This document shows positions 41,223 through 52,494 of a stretch of DNA of 64,000 nucleotides, piece after piece. A program made the position numbers and the translations under genes. Origin of the DNA: an uncultured Planctomycetaceae bacterium (GTDB lineage: Bacteria > Planctomycetota > Planctomycetia > Planctomycetales > Planctomycetaceae); NCBI GenBank assembly GCA_963815195.1, contig CAWFGE010000015.1:32001-96000 (forward strand). Reading direction: 5' to 3'. The notes under the pieces were generated by a model. That model was not told the DNA's origin and did not search any database. It saw only the letters and a program-made list of their open reading frames with translations. The stretch's first letter is position 1; every line of letters begins with the position of its first letter.

Positions 41223-42554
41223 TCAACTCCCGCATTCGCAGGGGCTTGGCTGCGGCTTCGTGGGTTCTTTGGCGGGTTGATGCACGCGGCCGAAGATGCG
41301 GGCCGTTTCTTCGGCGAGGACGGCCAACGTGAACAGTTCGCGGACTTTTCTTTGCCCCGTCGCCCCCAACTCTCGGCGATGCTCGGCGTCGATGATCAAC
41401 GACTCGAGCGCCTCGGCGAGGGCGGCGGGATCTTTGGGGGGCACCAGTTTTCCGCCGCCGGTGGCTTCGATCAATTCGGGAAAGGCTCCGTGATCGGGCT
41501 GCACGACAGGCACGCCGTTGGCCAAGGCCTCCAGAATCGAGATGCCCTTGGGTTCGTGGTATTCGGTGGGCACGGACATCACATCGAAGGACTGGATCAA
41601 TGCTACCTTTTCACTATGCGAGGCGGGGCTGCCGGCGTATTGAAACGCGTCGCCCAAATCGCGAGCCGCGCGTTTCAGATCGCGGAAGTATTTGTGATCC
41701 CGCGTTCCCAGATAACCTCCCGCGAGGAGCCGGGTTTGGGGTTGCCTTTGATGCAGCCGCCGAAACGCCTCCACGAGGTGGTGCAGCCCTTTTTCGGGAC
41801 AGATGCGGGCGAAATATCCAATGGTGAAGGGGTCATGGGGTTCGGCTTTCACTTCTCCGTCGTGGCCGTTCAAATCGATGCCCAGGGGAATCTGGTGAAA
41901 CCGCTCGGCGGGAAGGTCGAGATACTCCGCCATGAAATCCCGGTAATAGCGGCTGTGGACGAGGAATCCGTCAAACGCCTGGGCTCGCCTGTGAATTTTC
42001 GCGAGTGCCTGCCCGCGGTATTTCTCCGGCAGGTCCTTTAAGAAAATGTCGTCTCCCTGGAGCGTGCAAAAAATGGTGCCGGCGAACTCTGACCGGAGGG
42101 TCTTGAGCACGCCCGTGAGCAGGGCATTGCTGAAGCAGACCACGTCGGGCTTGAGGTCTTTCGCGACGAAGGAGACGAGTTCTTCAATCTCGCGGCGGAG
42201 CGGGCCTTCTTCCCCGTCGAGCATAGCCAGCGTGAGCGCCCCGAGCTGGCTGGCGTTGTTGCTGACGCTGAGCTTTGTGGCCAGGTTGATGATCCAGGGG
42301 GCGTCCAGCCAATGGGTCAGCCCGCGGGGAATCCGCCGCCAGAACGGGACGCGGTAATCGAGATACACATTGATCCCGCCCAGAAACACGTCGGTCGTGC
42401 TCAGGTTTTCTTCGTCCACGCGGATCGGCGTGTAGGTGGGAATCAGCGTGACCTGGTGGCCGAGGTCCATCAAAGCCCGCGCCCAGGTGTTGTCGTGCAT
42501 GCACGATCCGCAAAACATCCCCGCCCCGCCCGCGGTGATAATCGCAATATGCAT
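41223..42554 (-). CDS. Glycosyltransferase family 4
   Basis: RICPEKGL, EPKGISILEALANGVPVV; N-terminal GAGMFCGSCMHDN. Confidence 0.88.
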   Translation of the reverse strand: MHIAIITAGGAGMFCGSCMHDNTWARALMDLGHQVTLIPTYTPIRVDEENLSTTDVFLGGINVYLDYRVPFWRRIPRGLTHWLDAPWIINLATKLSVSNNASQLGALTLAMLDGEEGPLRREIEELVSFVAKDLKPDVVCFSNALLTGVLKTLRSEFAGTIFCTLQGDDIFLKDLPEKYRGQALAKIHRRAQAFDGFLVHSRYYRDFMAEYLDLPAERFHQIPLGIDLNGHDGEVKAEPHDPFTIGYFARICPEKGLHHLVEAFRRLHQRQPQTRLLAGGYLGTRDHKYFRDLKRAARDLGDAFQYAGSPASHSEKVALIQSFDVMSVPTEYHEPKGISILEALANGVPVVQPDHGAFPELIEATGGGKLVPPKDPAALAEALESLIIDAEHRRELGATGQRKVRELFTLAVLAEETARIFGRVHQPAKEPTKPQPSPCECGS

Positions 42555-42811
42555 TCGGCCGCCTGTCGTTCGAGAACACATCGACTTCACATCAAATCGG
42601 AAGGCCTTGATGAATTCTAACGCACTCGCCCTCGCTTGCGAAGATCTCCGCAGCAAGAACCGCCGAATTGCACCCGCGCGGTTCGTTCAGGAACAAACCG
42701 GGGCTAGCGCCCTGCGGCTAATTCTTTGGTCCCAGTTTTGTCGCAGCACTCGCGCCCGGCCGCTGATGGATTTCGAATGAGATTGAGTGTCTCACAAAAG
42801 TAGGTGGATGT

Positions 42812-42890
42812 GGGTGGCACGTCCCTGAGCCTTGCGAAGGGCGTGGCCATTGCAAAGACCACGCCCTTCGTGCCTCAGGGCGTGCCACCC
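42812..42890. repeat. REP-like palindrome family B, copy 1
   Basis: GGGTGGCACGTCCCTGAG..CGAAGGGCGTGG...CCACGCCCTTCG..CTCAGGGCGTGCCACCC; inverted copy at 54892. Confidence 0.85.
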
Positions 42891-43057
42891 CGGCCGCCGA
42901 ATTGCACCCGCGGATTTCGGATTTTGCGGAAAACGCCATAATTGATTGTGGATCTGACCAGTGGTAAAATTCATTTCGCAACCGAGGGGCGGTTGGGGTT
43001 TTTCTGGTTGATCCTTTTCCAGGATTCACAGCGGTGGTTTTTGGCGGTGCAGAGGCC

Positions 43058-43633
43058 ATGAGCATCAGATACTTCCGGCGGTTTCGCATGGAGTTCGACT
43101 TCGGCAAAACTCGCCTTGCGGAACCGGTTTTGCCGGAAGGTTATCATTGGCTGCCTTGGCATCGCCGATTTCTGGAACGGCACGCGTTGGTCAAATACGC
43201 GAGCTTTCGCTCGGAGATCGACGCCCAGGTTTTCCCGTGCCTGGGGCAATACGGCGGCTGCCGAAAGCTGATGCAGGACATCTTCCGGCAATCGTCCTTT
43301 CTGCCGGACGCGACCTGGCTGATTTCCTACCGGTTTGACGACTGGTCGGAAAACACCGATTGCGCCACGATCCAAGGTTTGAGCAAGTCCCCGACGCTGG
43401 GGGCGATTCAGAATGTGGGAGTCATCCCGGAGCACCGCGGCCACGGTTTGGGACGGGCTTTGGTCTTGAAAGCTCTCGCGGGGTTTCGCTCCGCGGGGCT
43501 GAAGCGGGTGTATTTGGAAGTCACGGCGGAAAACCAGCAGGCCGTCGCCTTGTATCGCTCCATCGGCTTTCATTTGACCCGCACCCTCTACAAAGCCGTG
43601 CCCGCCGCCCAAGTCGCCGCACCGGCTTCCTGA
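43058..43633 (+). CDS. GNAT family N-acetyltransferase
   Basis: NVGVIPEHRGHGLG motif A; LEVTAEN..AVALYRSIGF. Confidence 0.88.
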   Translation: MSIRYFRRFRMEFDFGKTRLAEPVLPEGYHWLPWHRRFLERHALVKYASFRSEIDAQVFPCLGQYGGCRKLMQDIFRQSSFLPDATWLISYRFDDWSENTDCATIQGLSKSPTLGAIQNVGVIPEHRGHGLGRALVLKALAGFRSAGLKRVYLEVTAENQQAVALYRSIGFHLTRTLYKAVPAAQVAAPAS

Positions 43634-43679
43634 CCTGACGCCGCTGCGGAGAATCCACTCTTCCGACGAGGAAAACGCC

Positions 43680-45238
43680 ATGCTGCGAAACATGCCGAGC
43701 CGGGTCGTTTTGATGATCGGCCTCGCGACAGTGATTCTGGCTTCAAAGCAAAGGGCGTGTGCACGGGAGGAGTATCTGGCAGAGTTGACGCGGCTGTTCT
43801 CCGCGCAGCCCGATTCGGAGGCCGCGAAAACGGCCGCTCGGCTCAAGTGCCGGCTGTGCCATTCCAGCGAACCGCCCGGGCGAGAGCAGAACGTTTTCGG
43901 CCGGGAAATGGAGCGGGCCCTGGGCGGGAAGCGGAATGTGACGGATCGGCGTTCGATTCGCGTGGCGCTGCATCGGGCGGTGTTTTTGCTGCGAAACCGG
44001 AAGCCCAACACCCAGGCCCAAATCCCAGGCTCGTCCCGCGCGATCGGCTCGCGCAACGTCCGGACGGCGCTTCGTGACAAGGCGGAATTGGCGGCTTATG
44101 AAATGCCGCTGTCCGACGTGCTCGGCGTGTTGTCGGCCAATCATGGGATTTCCATCGGACTTGACCAAGCGGCCTTCAAACAAGCCGGCGTTTCTCCGGA
44201 ACTGCCGATTTCGCTCGTGGTGTCGGATGTGTCCTTGCAGTCGCTCCTCAAATCTCTCCTGGCGGAGCATCACCTCACCTTCCACGCCAAAGGCGACGGT
44301 TTGCTGGTCGACCCCGAGGAACAACCCTCGACGAAAAAGCCCGCCCGCAATCCCGTCCGCCTGGGAAAGGAAGAAGTCATCGACCCCAACCTCGCGGCCA
44401 CCTTAAAAAAATACATCGGCCGCCGGATTCAGGTGGTGGAAAAGGACGGCGCACGGTTGTCGGATTTGCTGCTCAAGCTGCACGACAAGGAAGGCCGGCT
44501 TGACGGGTTCAGCTTGTTTTCCTCCCAAAGCAGTTCCGGGAAACGCTACGTGGTGTTGTCGAACGTGAAAGAAATCCGCTATCGGAACCAGCCGCTTTTC
44601 TGCGCCTGGAGTCCAAGGATCCGCTCGCCATCGAAAGCCGGCGGCTCGAAAAGGAAGTGCTCGCGCGGGAAAGAGCACGCGGCCGGGAGAGTCTTCAGGC
44701 CGCCTATCGCCGGCAGGCGGGCCTCGAACGGGCCGCCGAGTCGCTGCGAGACTCGAGCGGGCGATTTCCGCTGCCTCGGCGGTATGAGGAAGAACTCGGC
44801 GAGGCGGCCAGCGTGGTGGGCGCGATCGGGAATCTCGCCGCCGATCAAGCCGAGGAAAGCCGGCCCGCTCCGGCGAATCCCGCCCCAACAGAAGAGGGCC
44901 GTCCCAATCGGCCGGCCTCACCCCCGACGGCCGAACCGATGCCCGATCCGCCGGGTCCCGCGATGGATCGAAAGCCCGTCATCGTTCGATATGTGAATGC
45001 CCAGGGAGAGCCGCCTGTCTTGCAGTTTGGGGTGCGAATTCGCTATGACAGTCAGGACACCCAGAATCCCAAAGTTCAACAAGGAACCTTGAACGGCCAG
45101 GGACAATGTGAACTCTCCGTCCCGGAGGATGTGGAAAGTATTCGCGTTTATATGACGCCCTTCGGCGGCTTTGAGGGCACGCATCCGCTCGAGCGGAGCG
45201 GTTCGACGACCATCACGATCCAAACCAGCGGCCTTTAG
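43680..45238 (+). CDS. Exported mosaic protein: CxxCH domain, secretin-N/STN-like domain, unknown C-terminus (frameshift ~44598)
   Basis: Signal peptide; CRLCH..NVFG; EMPLSDVL..LS..HGISIGLD..A..QAGVSPELPISL..SDVSLQSLLKSLL. One extra T joins ..QPLFLRLESKDPLAIE to ORF 44657-45238. Confidence 0.6.
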
Positions 45239-45776
45239 CGTCCGGTGGAAGGGGTGGGGCCGATTTTTCCGGCCGGGTGTTCGCTTTGGGAAACATTCCT
45301 GAACCACCCGTTTCGCCGATGCAACTGTGTCCCCGGCCGCCGAGTTCCGGGTTCTCAAGAATTTGGCCAAATTCACCCATTGCGATGGATCGGCCGCCAA
45401 TTGAAAATCGGTAAAGGCAATCTGACACCCGGGCGGGGACTTGAGGATTGCTCGCGGAAATGCCAAGGCGACGTTTTGGGGCCGATGGCCTTTGCATTTT
45501 GAAAATTTTTGAGGTTTTCGGTTTTTTGGAAGATTTTGGGAACCATTTCGTGGTCGGGTCGTCCTAATCCTAATCATTTTCGAGGATGGCCTGACTGGGC
45601 CTGTTTTCTGGGTTGTGCTTTTACCTCTCTGGGCCATGACGTAACCGGGCCAACCCACGCACGCAGAAAACAGGACGCACGAAATTCCCGCCCCCGACAC
45701 TTTCGGCACGCACACATTCTTTCCATTCATTGGGACACTTTGCACTTCTGGGTTGCGTTCGTACGAGGAACACACT

Positions 45777-48700
45777 ATGTCGCTGCGAGGCATTTTTTCA
45801 CAGAACAACGACTCTCATCGCCGCCGCAAAAATGCACCGGCCTCTCGGTTGGCTGCCGCCCAAGCGGAAGTATTGGAAGAGCGAACTCTATTGAGTGTCG
45901 TGTCCCCGTTGCTGAACGATCACGGAGCGAGCTTCACCAACGACAACGTCCTCGGCCGCACGGACGTCACGTTCTTCGCCGTCGACAATCCGCTCTACAG
46001 CGGCAACAACGGCTTGGGGCTCAAGGTCGATCTCGACGGCGGGGCGTTCAACGGGAGCCTCGTCTCCCAGCTTCGCACCGTGACGCTTCAGAACCTGGTC
46101 GTCACGGGCAACGCCAACGCCGGCGTGGACATCACGCTCTCGAACATGACTTTGGACGAACTGCGAATCGACAGCAGCCAGATTACCGGCAACGGACGGG
46201 CCGGTCTGGTGATCAACCTGAACAACGTGCAGATCGACCGGGTGACCGTCGTGAACAGCAATCTCGGCGGGAACGCGAACGACGGACTGTGCATCATGGG
46301 CGGCAACAGCACGATTGAACTGCTCACGATCGGCAGCCTGGCCACGGGAGGCAACAACCTCTCGGGCAGCGCCAGAACACCGGGGGCTTCGTGCAGTTCC
46401 AAAACTCCCGCATCGGGACGGCGTCTATCGTCAACAACCAAATCAACGGCAACGCGACCAACGGCATCGAGGTGCAGCTCGCCAACACGAACATCGCCAG
46501 CTTGGATCTCGATCAGAATACCGCCGACCTCAACCGGAACAATGCCGCCTTCTTTAATTTCCTCGACAGCGACGTGGGCGGCAACGTCACCAACAACACC
46601 TTCACCAATTCGCAAACCGGCGACGGCCTGAACATCACGACCCGGCGTTCGGTGCTTCCCAATGGACAGATTGCGTCCGGCCTGCGGAATTTGGACCTGA
46701 ATTCGATTCGGGGCAACACGTTCAGCGGCAACGCCGTTAGCGGGATCAACATCGATTTGGGAGAGAATACGACGTTCAAGAGCCAGATCACGGCCAACAC
46801 CATCGCGGGGAACGGCCGCGTGGGCGTCAATGTTCAAGCCTCCGACACCCAAAATGCGTTCGACGTGATCATCGGGGGCGAAACCGTTAATCCGCAAGGC
46901 GTCAACACGGACGCCAACGTGATCGACGGCAACCAGGGGGCGGGAATCGCCATTACCCTGGACGACACCAGCGACGAACTGGGCAACACCTCGGGACGCT
47001 TTCGTATCCTGAGCAACCAGATCACGAATACGCTCGACGACAACGACTCCGTCACCGAATTCGCCGGCGAAGGGATTTTCATCCGGGCTCGCGGAACCGA
47101 CTCCCTGGTCAACGGGGCGGCCCGGATTCTCAACTCGCAGATCGACGGCAACAGCATTTCCGGTAACGCGAGCGACGGCATCAAACTGGATGTCTCGGAA
47201 GACTCCGAAGTCGTCGATTTGCTCATCGGGGACGTGTTCAATCCCAACCCGCAAAACAACACCATCGAAGGTCCCGAAGGCGACGGATTCTTCTTCCAGA
47301 ACCAATACTTCCGCAACTCCGGAAACCTGATCACGAACAACGTCGGCGCCGGCATCGACTTCGTCCGCCGAGGCGAGGCCCGCGCCCGCGGCGTGAAGAT
47401 CATCGACAACCTGTTCGACTCCAACGGCAACGGGATTCATTACCAGGTCCAAAACGACGACCGCGACCAGGAAACCGGCGAAGTGCTCGTCAACTCCGTG
47501 ACGATCCAGCACAACGACATGACGAACAACATTTTAAGCGGCCTCGTGATCGACACGGTGTTCGACGCCATCCTCATCGCCGATTTGGACAACAACACCA
47601 TCACGAACAACGGCCTGGACGGAGTCCGGACCAACGGGTTCGAGTCCGATCCGTCCGACCGCGAAACCCTGGGCGGAACCTGGACCCGGAACACGATCAC
47701 CAACAACGGGGGCATCGGCATCGACATCAACGGCACGCCGGGCACGCTGAACCCCCTCAAGATCGGCGAGGACGGCACCGATTCGGCGGGTCGCAGCTTG
47801 GGGAACCTCATCGACCTGAACGGAAACGACGGCATCGAGATCAACGCCCCGGGCAACATCGACATCACCAACAACATCATCCGCCGCAACGGAACCGCCA
47901 ATACCCTCAACAATCCCCAAGGCGACGGCAAGGGCATCGACATCAATCTGGACGGCCAGGGTGAACTGGACGTGTTCCTCGGCCGAAACGTCATCACCAA
48001 GAACAAAGGCGATGGCGTGGAAACCTTCGCCCGCCAGGTTCCAGGCGGCGTGCCGACGTACCTCTATGTGCTGGCCTACGGAAATATCATCGACAATAAC
48101 CTGGGCCGGGGCGTGGATGTCTTAAACGAGGGCAACGATGTCGCGTCCTACATCGTGTTCGGGGACGGGACCCGCGGCAATGGCACGAACGCCAACAACA
48201 TCGTCAACAACGGCTTGGAAGGGTTTTTGGTGGTCAATACGACCTCCCCGACCCAAACGCAGGATGTCAACCTGAATACCGACTTGGACACCGATCCCGA
48301 GAACCTCAACAGCGACGGGTCCATCCTCTGGTCGCCCAATCTCGTGCTGGACGTGAACGGCAACGAAATCCGCTCCAACGGGAACCTGGCAAATCAAACG
48401 CCCATTCCGCCCATCGTCAACGGCAGCGGCCTGGTGATGTTCGTGGGCACGTCGAACGCCTCGAACATCACTTCCGCCAATTTTGGCATGCTCCCGGACC
48501 GCGATGGCGTGTACCAGGATTTGTTCACAGGAGGCAACGTGGGCGAGAACAACAGTGCCGACGGCTTCTTCTCGACCGAGCGAGTTTTCAATGACGGCAA
48601 TGGCCGCGTGAACGCCCGCGTGAACAACAACCTCTTCGGCGGGAACGCCGGGGTCGATGTGCTCACGCAATCCTTCACCTCCACCGTCGATCCGCCCGCC

Positions 48701-51700
48701 ACGGCGGGCACCTGGGACGGGACCAAGTTCGTCGTGAACCCGGGCGGCTACCGCCGGGATCCCTTGGCCCGGCTGAATCTGGAATTCACCAACAACACGG
48801 GCGACGCGATCGACCTGGTTCGCGCGGGCGCTTCCTATAGCAATGCCGAAACCAATTTCAAATCCCGCACGAACGGACGCACGGCCCCCGATCCCAATGG
48901 ACCCTTTAACTCCGGCACCCGCCGGCGCAATGCACAGCGCGTGGCCGACCGGGATGTCGGGCTGTTGGATTTTTACGAATCCCCCGTGTTTGGAGTCGGA
49001 GGCCTCGTGAACGGCTTCGGGGCGTCGAGCGGTTTGATCGTCGGTGCCGCCTCGGGAACCGCGACCGAGCCGATTCGCTTGCGAGCCGCCGGGGCAGTCC
49101 GCACCGGCGACATCACCGGAGCGACCAATGCCACTCCGATTGTCATCACCTCGGCCAATCACGGACTCAACACGGGCGACATCATCGACATCTCGGGCGT
49201 CGGCGGCAACACCAACGCCAACGGCACCTTCCTGATCGTCGTCTTGACTCCCAACACGTTTGAACTGTACGACCCGGCGACGGGCACTCCCATCGCGGGC
49301 AACGCCGCCTACACCAACGGCGGAACCTGGACCCTATTCGTGGGCGGGCACGGCCTGCAAACCGGCGACCATGTCATCCTGGACAACATGGGAGTTGACG
49401 GGATCTACAGCGTCACGGTGATCAATAGCGACGAGTTTTACCTGGACGACACCTACAACCAGTCCGTGACCTCGTTTAACGGAGACTTTTTCCAGGTCCG
49501 CGACTCCGCCTTCCTCTATGATGGGACCGGGGCGAGTACCTTCCGGATGCACCAGGAGAACAACTTCTTCCCGGAAGCCAACGATATTGGAACGGTGGCC
49601 TTCTTTCCCGGCATCACCGATCGGGGAGAAGAGCCCTTCGGCTACGACCAGGTCTCAAGCGACGTCTTCAACTTCCGCACCGTCCGCGTCCTCGACACCG
49701 CCGTGAACGAAGGCGGCCAGGCCGCCTTCACGGTTCAGTTGTCCCAACCGTTGACGACCGACCTGACCGTGTACTACAAGACGGAGTTTGACGGCACCGC
49801 CAACGACGGACGCGAGGGAACGGGCAATGCGGACTTTACGCCCGTCGATTTCACCGGCGACGCGTTCGGCTTGGGCGATCCCTCCGTCGATTCCTTCATC
49901 ACCATCCCCGCCGGCCAGACCACGGGCACGATCCTGATCGACACGCTTTCGGACACGACATTCGAGCCTCCCGAAACGTTTAAGGTCGTGATTGTCCAGG
50001 CGACCACCGTGGAGATGCGGAAAGGCCTCGACCCGTTCCAGCCCGATACCGCGGTGCCAGTCACCGTCAACATCGCCTCGGCCGTGGATGATTTCGGCGT
50101 GGGAACGATAATCGACAACGATGGGGCGCCTCAAATCTCGATCAGCGACGCGGGCGGGTTTGAACTGGGCAACGGCCAAACGGGGACGATGACCTTTAAT
50201 GTCACCCTCTCGAACGCCAGCGCCGATCCGGTGTTTGTGGACTACAACACGGCCAACGGCACCGCGACCGTAGGCGTGGATTACCGCCTCCGCCGCGGCA
50301 CGGTGACTTTCTCGCCCGGCGAAACCACCAAGACCATCACGATCGAAATCCTTTCCGATTCCATCTTCACCACGCCGGGAATGGACAGCGATCAAGAGAC
50401 CCTGTTTGTCAACCTGAGCGCCTCCGCAGGGCGCAGTGATCGACGATGCCCAGGGCCAGGGCACGATTTTTGACGCCCGCTTTGTGCACATCACCGACGC
50501 CTACGTCAACGGCGAAGGGGATGCCCCCAACACCGTCACCGCCGAGTTCACCGTGACGCTCACGGATTCCCTAGGCAACCCCTCCGAGGTGCCCCTGGGA
50601 CAGACCATCACCATCGACTACAGCACGGGGGACCTTACGGCAAACGCCGGCAGCGGGGACTACGTGGCGGTCCCCAACGGCATGCTCGTGTTCAACCAAT
50701 TCGAATCCCAGCAAACGATCTCCATCACCGTCAATCAAGACCGGCTTTTTGAAGGCGACGAATCCTTCTCCGTCAATCTGACCAGCACGAACGCCACGGT
50801 CACGGACCCGACCGCAATCGGCTTTATTCTGGAATCCCTCGAAGTCGCCGCCACGCGGGACGCCAACGGTCGCCCGTCGGTCAAAGTCTTCGACTCCCGC
50901 TCGAACAGCGCCCGGTTTACGTTCAATCCCTATCCGGGGTTCTTCGGCGAAGCCCGCGTGGCCACGGCGGACTTTAACGGCGACGGGATTGCCGATATCG
51001 TCACCACGCCCGGTCCCGGCGGCGGTCCCGACGTGCGGGTCTTCGACGGGCGAGACGCCAGCCTGATCCGCGAATATTACCTCTACGAAGGCAGTTTCTT
51101 CGGCGGTCTGTTCGTGGCCGCCGGCGACATCAATGCCGACGGAACGCCCGACATCGTCGTGTCCCCGGACACCACGGGCGGACCGCGGGTGATCGTGGTC
51201 GATGGAGCCACGGGACTCGTCGCCGAAGATTTCTTCGCCTACGATCCCGGCTTCTTAGGCGGCGTCCGCGTCGCGACCGGGAATGTGGACGGAGTGCCCG
51301 GCGATGAGATCATCACCGGAGCCGGCCCCGGCGGCGGACCGCACGTGGAGGTCTTTCAGGCGGACAGCGACATCTTGACCGCCCCCACGGTCATCCGAAG
51401 CTTCTACGCTTACGAATATCACCCAGCGGACAATACAGGCTTCACCGGCGGGGTTTACGTCTCGGCCGCGGACATCGGCGGAGGAGGAGGCGCGGTCAAG
51501 AACGTCCCGGATGGAATGGCCGACATCATTACGGGGGCCGGCTTCGGCGGCGGTCCGCACGTCCGGATCTTCGACGGAGCCACCACCGGCATCGGGAACT
51601 TCTTCCCCGCGGCCTCGGACGTCCTTGGGGAATTCCTCGCGTATGACGGGAACTTCACCGGCGGCGTGCGCGTGGCGACGGGCGATGTCGAGAGGGACAT

Positions 51701-52427
51701 CAACAACAACACCGCCCGGGACCGCATTCCGGAAATCATCACCGCGCCGGGCGTGGGCGGCGGCCCGCACGTGAAGGTGTTCGCGGTGGATACCACAAAG
51801 TCAACCGCTCTGAAGCCGGTCCCGGTCGTGCAAATCCGGCAGGATTTCCCCTTCGCAGGGAATCTGTTCGGTGGGACCTACATCGCCGGCCGGAGCAAAG
51901 GCTTCGCCGGGGAAGGCTCGCCGTTGTCGCTCGACCCCTCCGTCTTGCCCAGCACCGGCGATGTCCCGGCCCTCACCCAAGAGGAATTGGCTCCCGTGGT
52001 GGACGCCGCGATTAACCGCCTGGCCGAGGCGGGCGTGGACGAAGCCGCCCTCGATCAGCTTCGCCAGATTCAGTTCCTCGTGACCGATCTCGCGGGTTCC
52101 AAATTGGGATTCCAGACGCCGGGGCGGATCTTCATCGACCGCACCGCGGCGGGACAGGGCTACTTCGTGGATGCCACGCCGCTGTTGGATGAAGAGTTCT
52201 CTAATGGCGGAGATGAGCTGCTCGCGAGCACGGCCGCCTCGCTGGGGCGGGTGGACTTGCTCACCGTCGTTCTCCACGAACTGGAGCACGCCCTGGGCAA
52301 CGACCACGTCACCGCCGCGCACGACCTGATGGCTCCCACGCTGGGCACCGGCGAACGCCGGCTCCCGGAAGAAGACGACGTGTTCGCCAGCGGCGAGTTG
52401 TTCGATTCGCTGATGAACTTGAACTGA
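45777..52427 (+). CDS. Giant surface protein (~2,216 aa): LEPR-XLL, parallel beta-helix, Calx-beta, FG-GAP repeats, metzincin motif (frameshifts ~46371 and ~50423)
   Basis: EVLEERTLL; many N-x-I-x-x-N-x-x-x-G-I repeats; VDYNTANGTATVGVDY..GTVTFSPGETTKTITI; GPGGGPHV repeats; HELEHALGNDH..LM. Confidence 0.85.
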
Positions 52428-52455
52428 TCGCGAAACAGCGAACGACCGTTTCATA

Positions 52456-52494
52456 AAAAACCGGCACGCTCCTTTTGGGGGTGAGCCGGTTTTT
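52456..52494. terminator. Bidirectional intrinsic terminator
   Basis: AAAAACCGGC...GCCGGTTTTT between convergent genes. Confidence 0.7.

Noticed and set aside
45239..45776. ORFs in the T-rich region upstream of the giant surface protein
   Set aside because: Atypical composition and no motifs; more likely a long regulatory leader.
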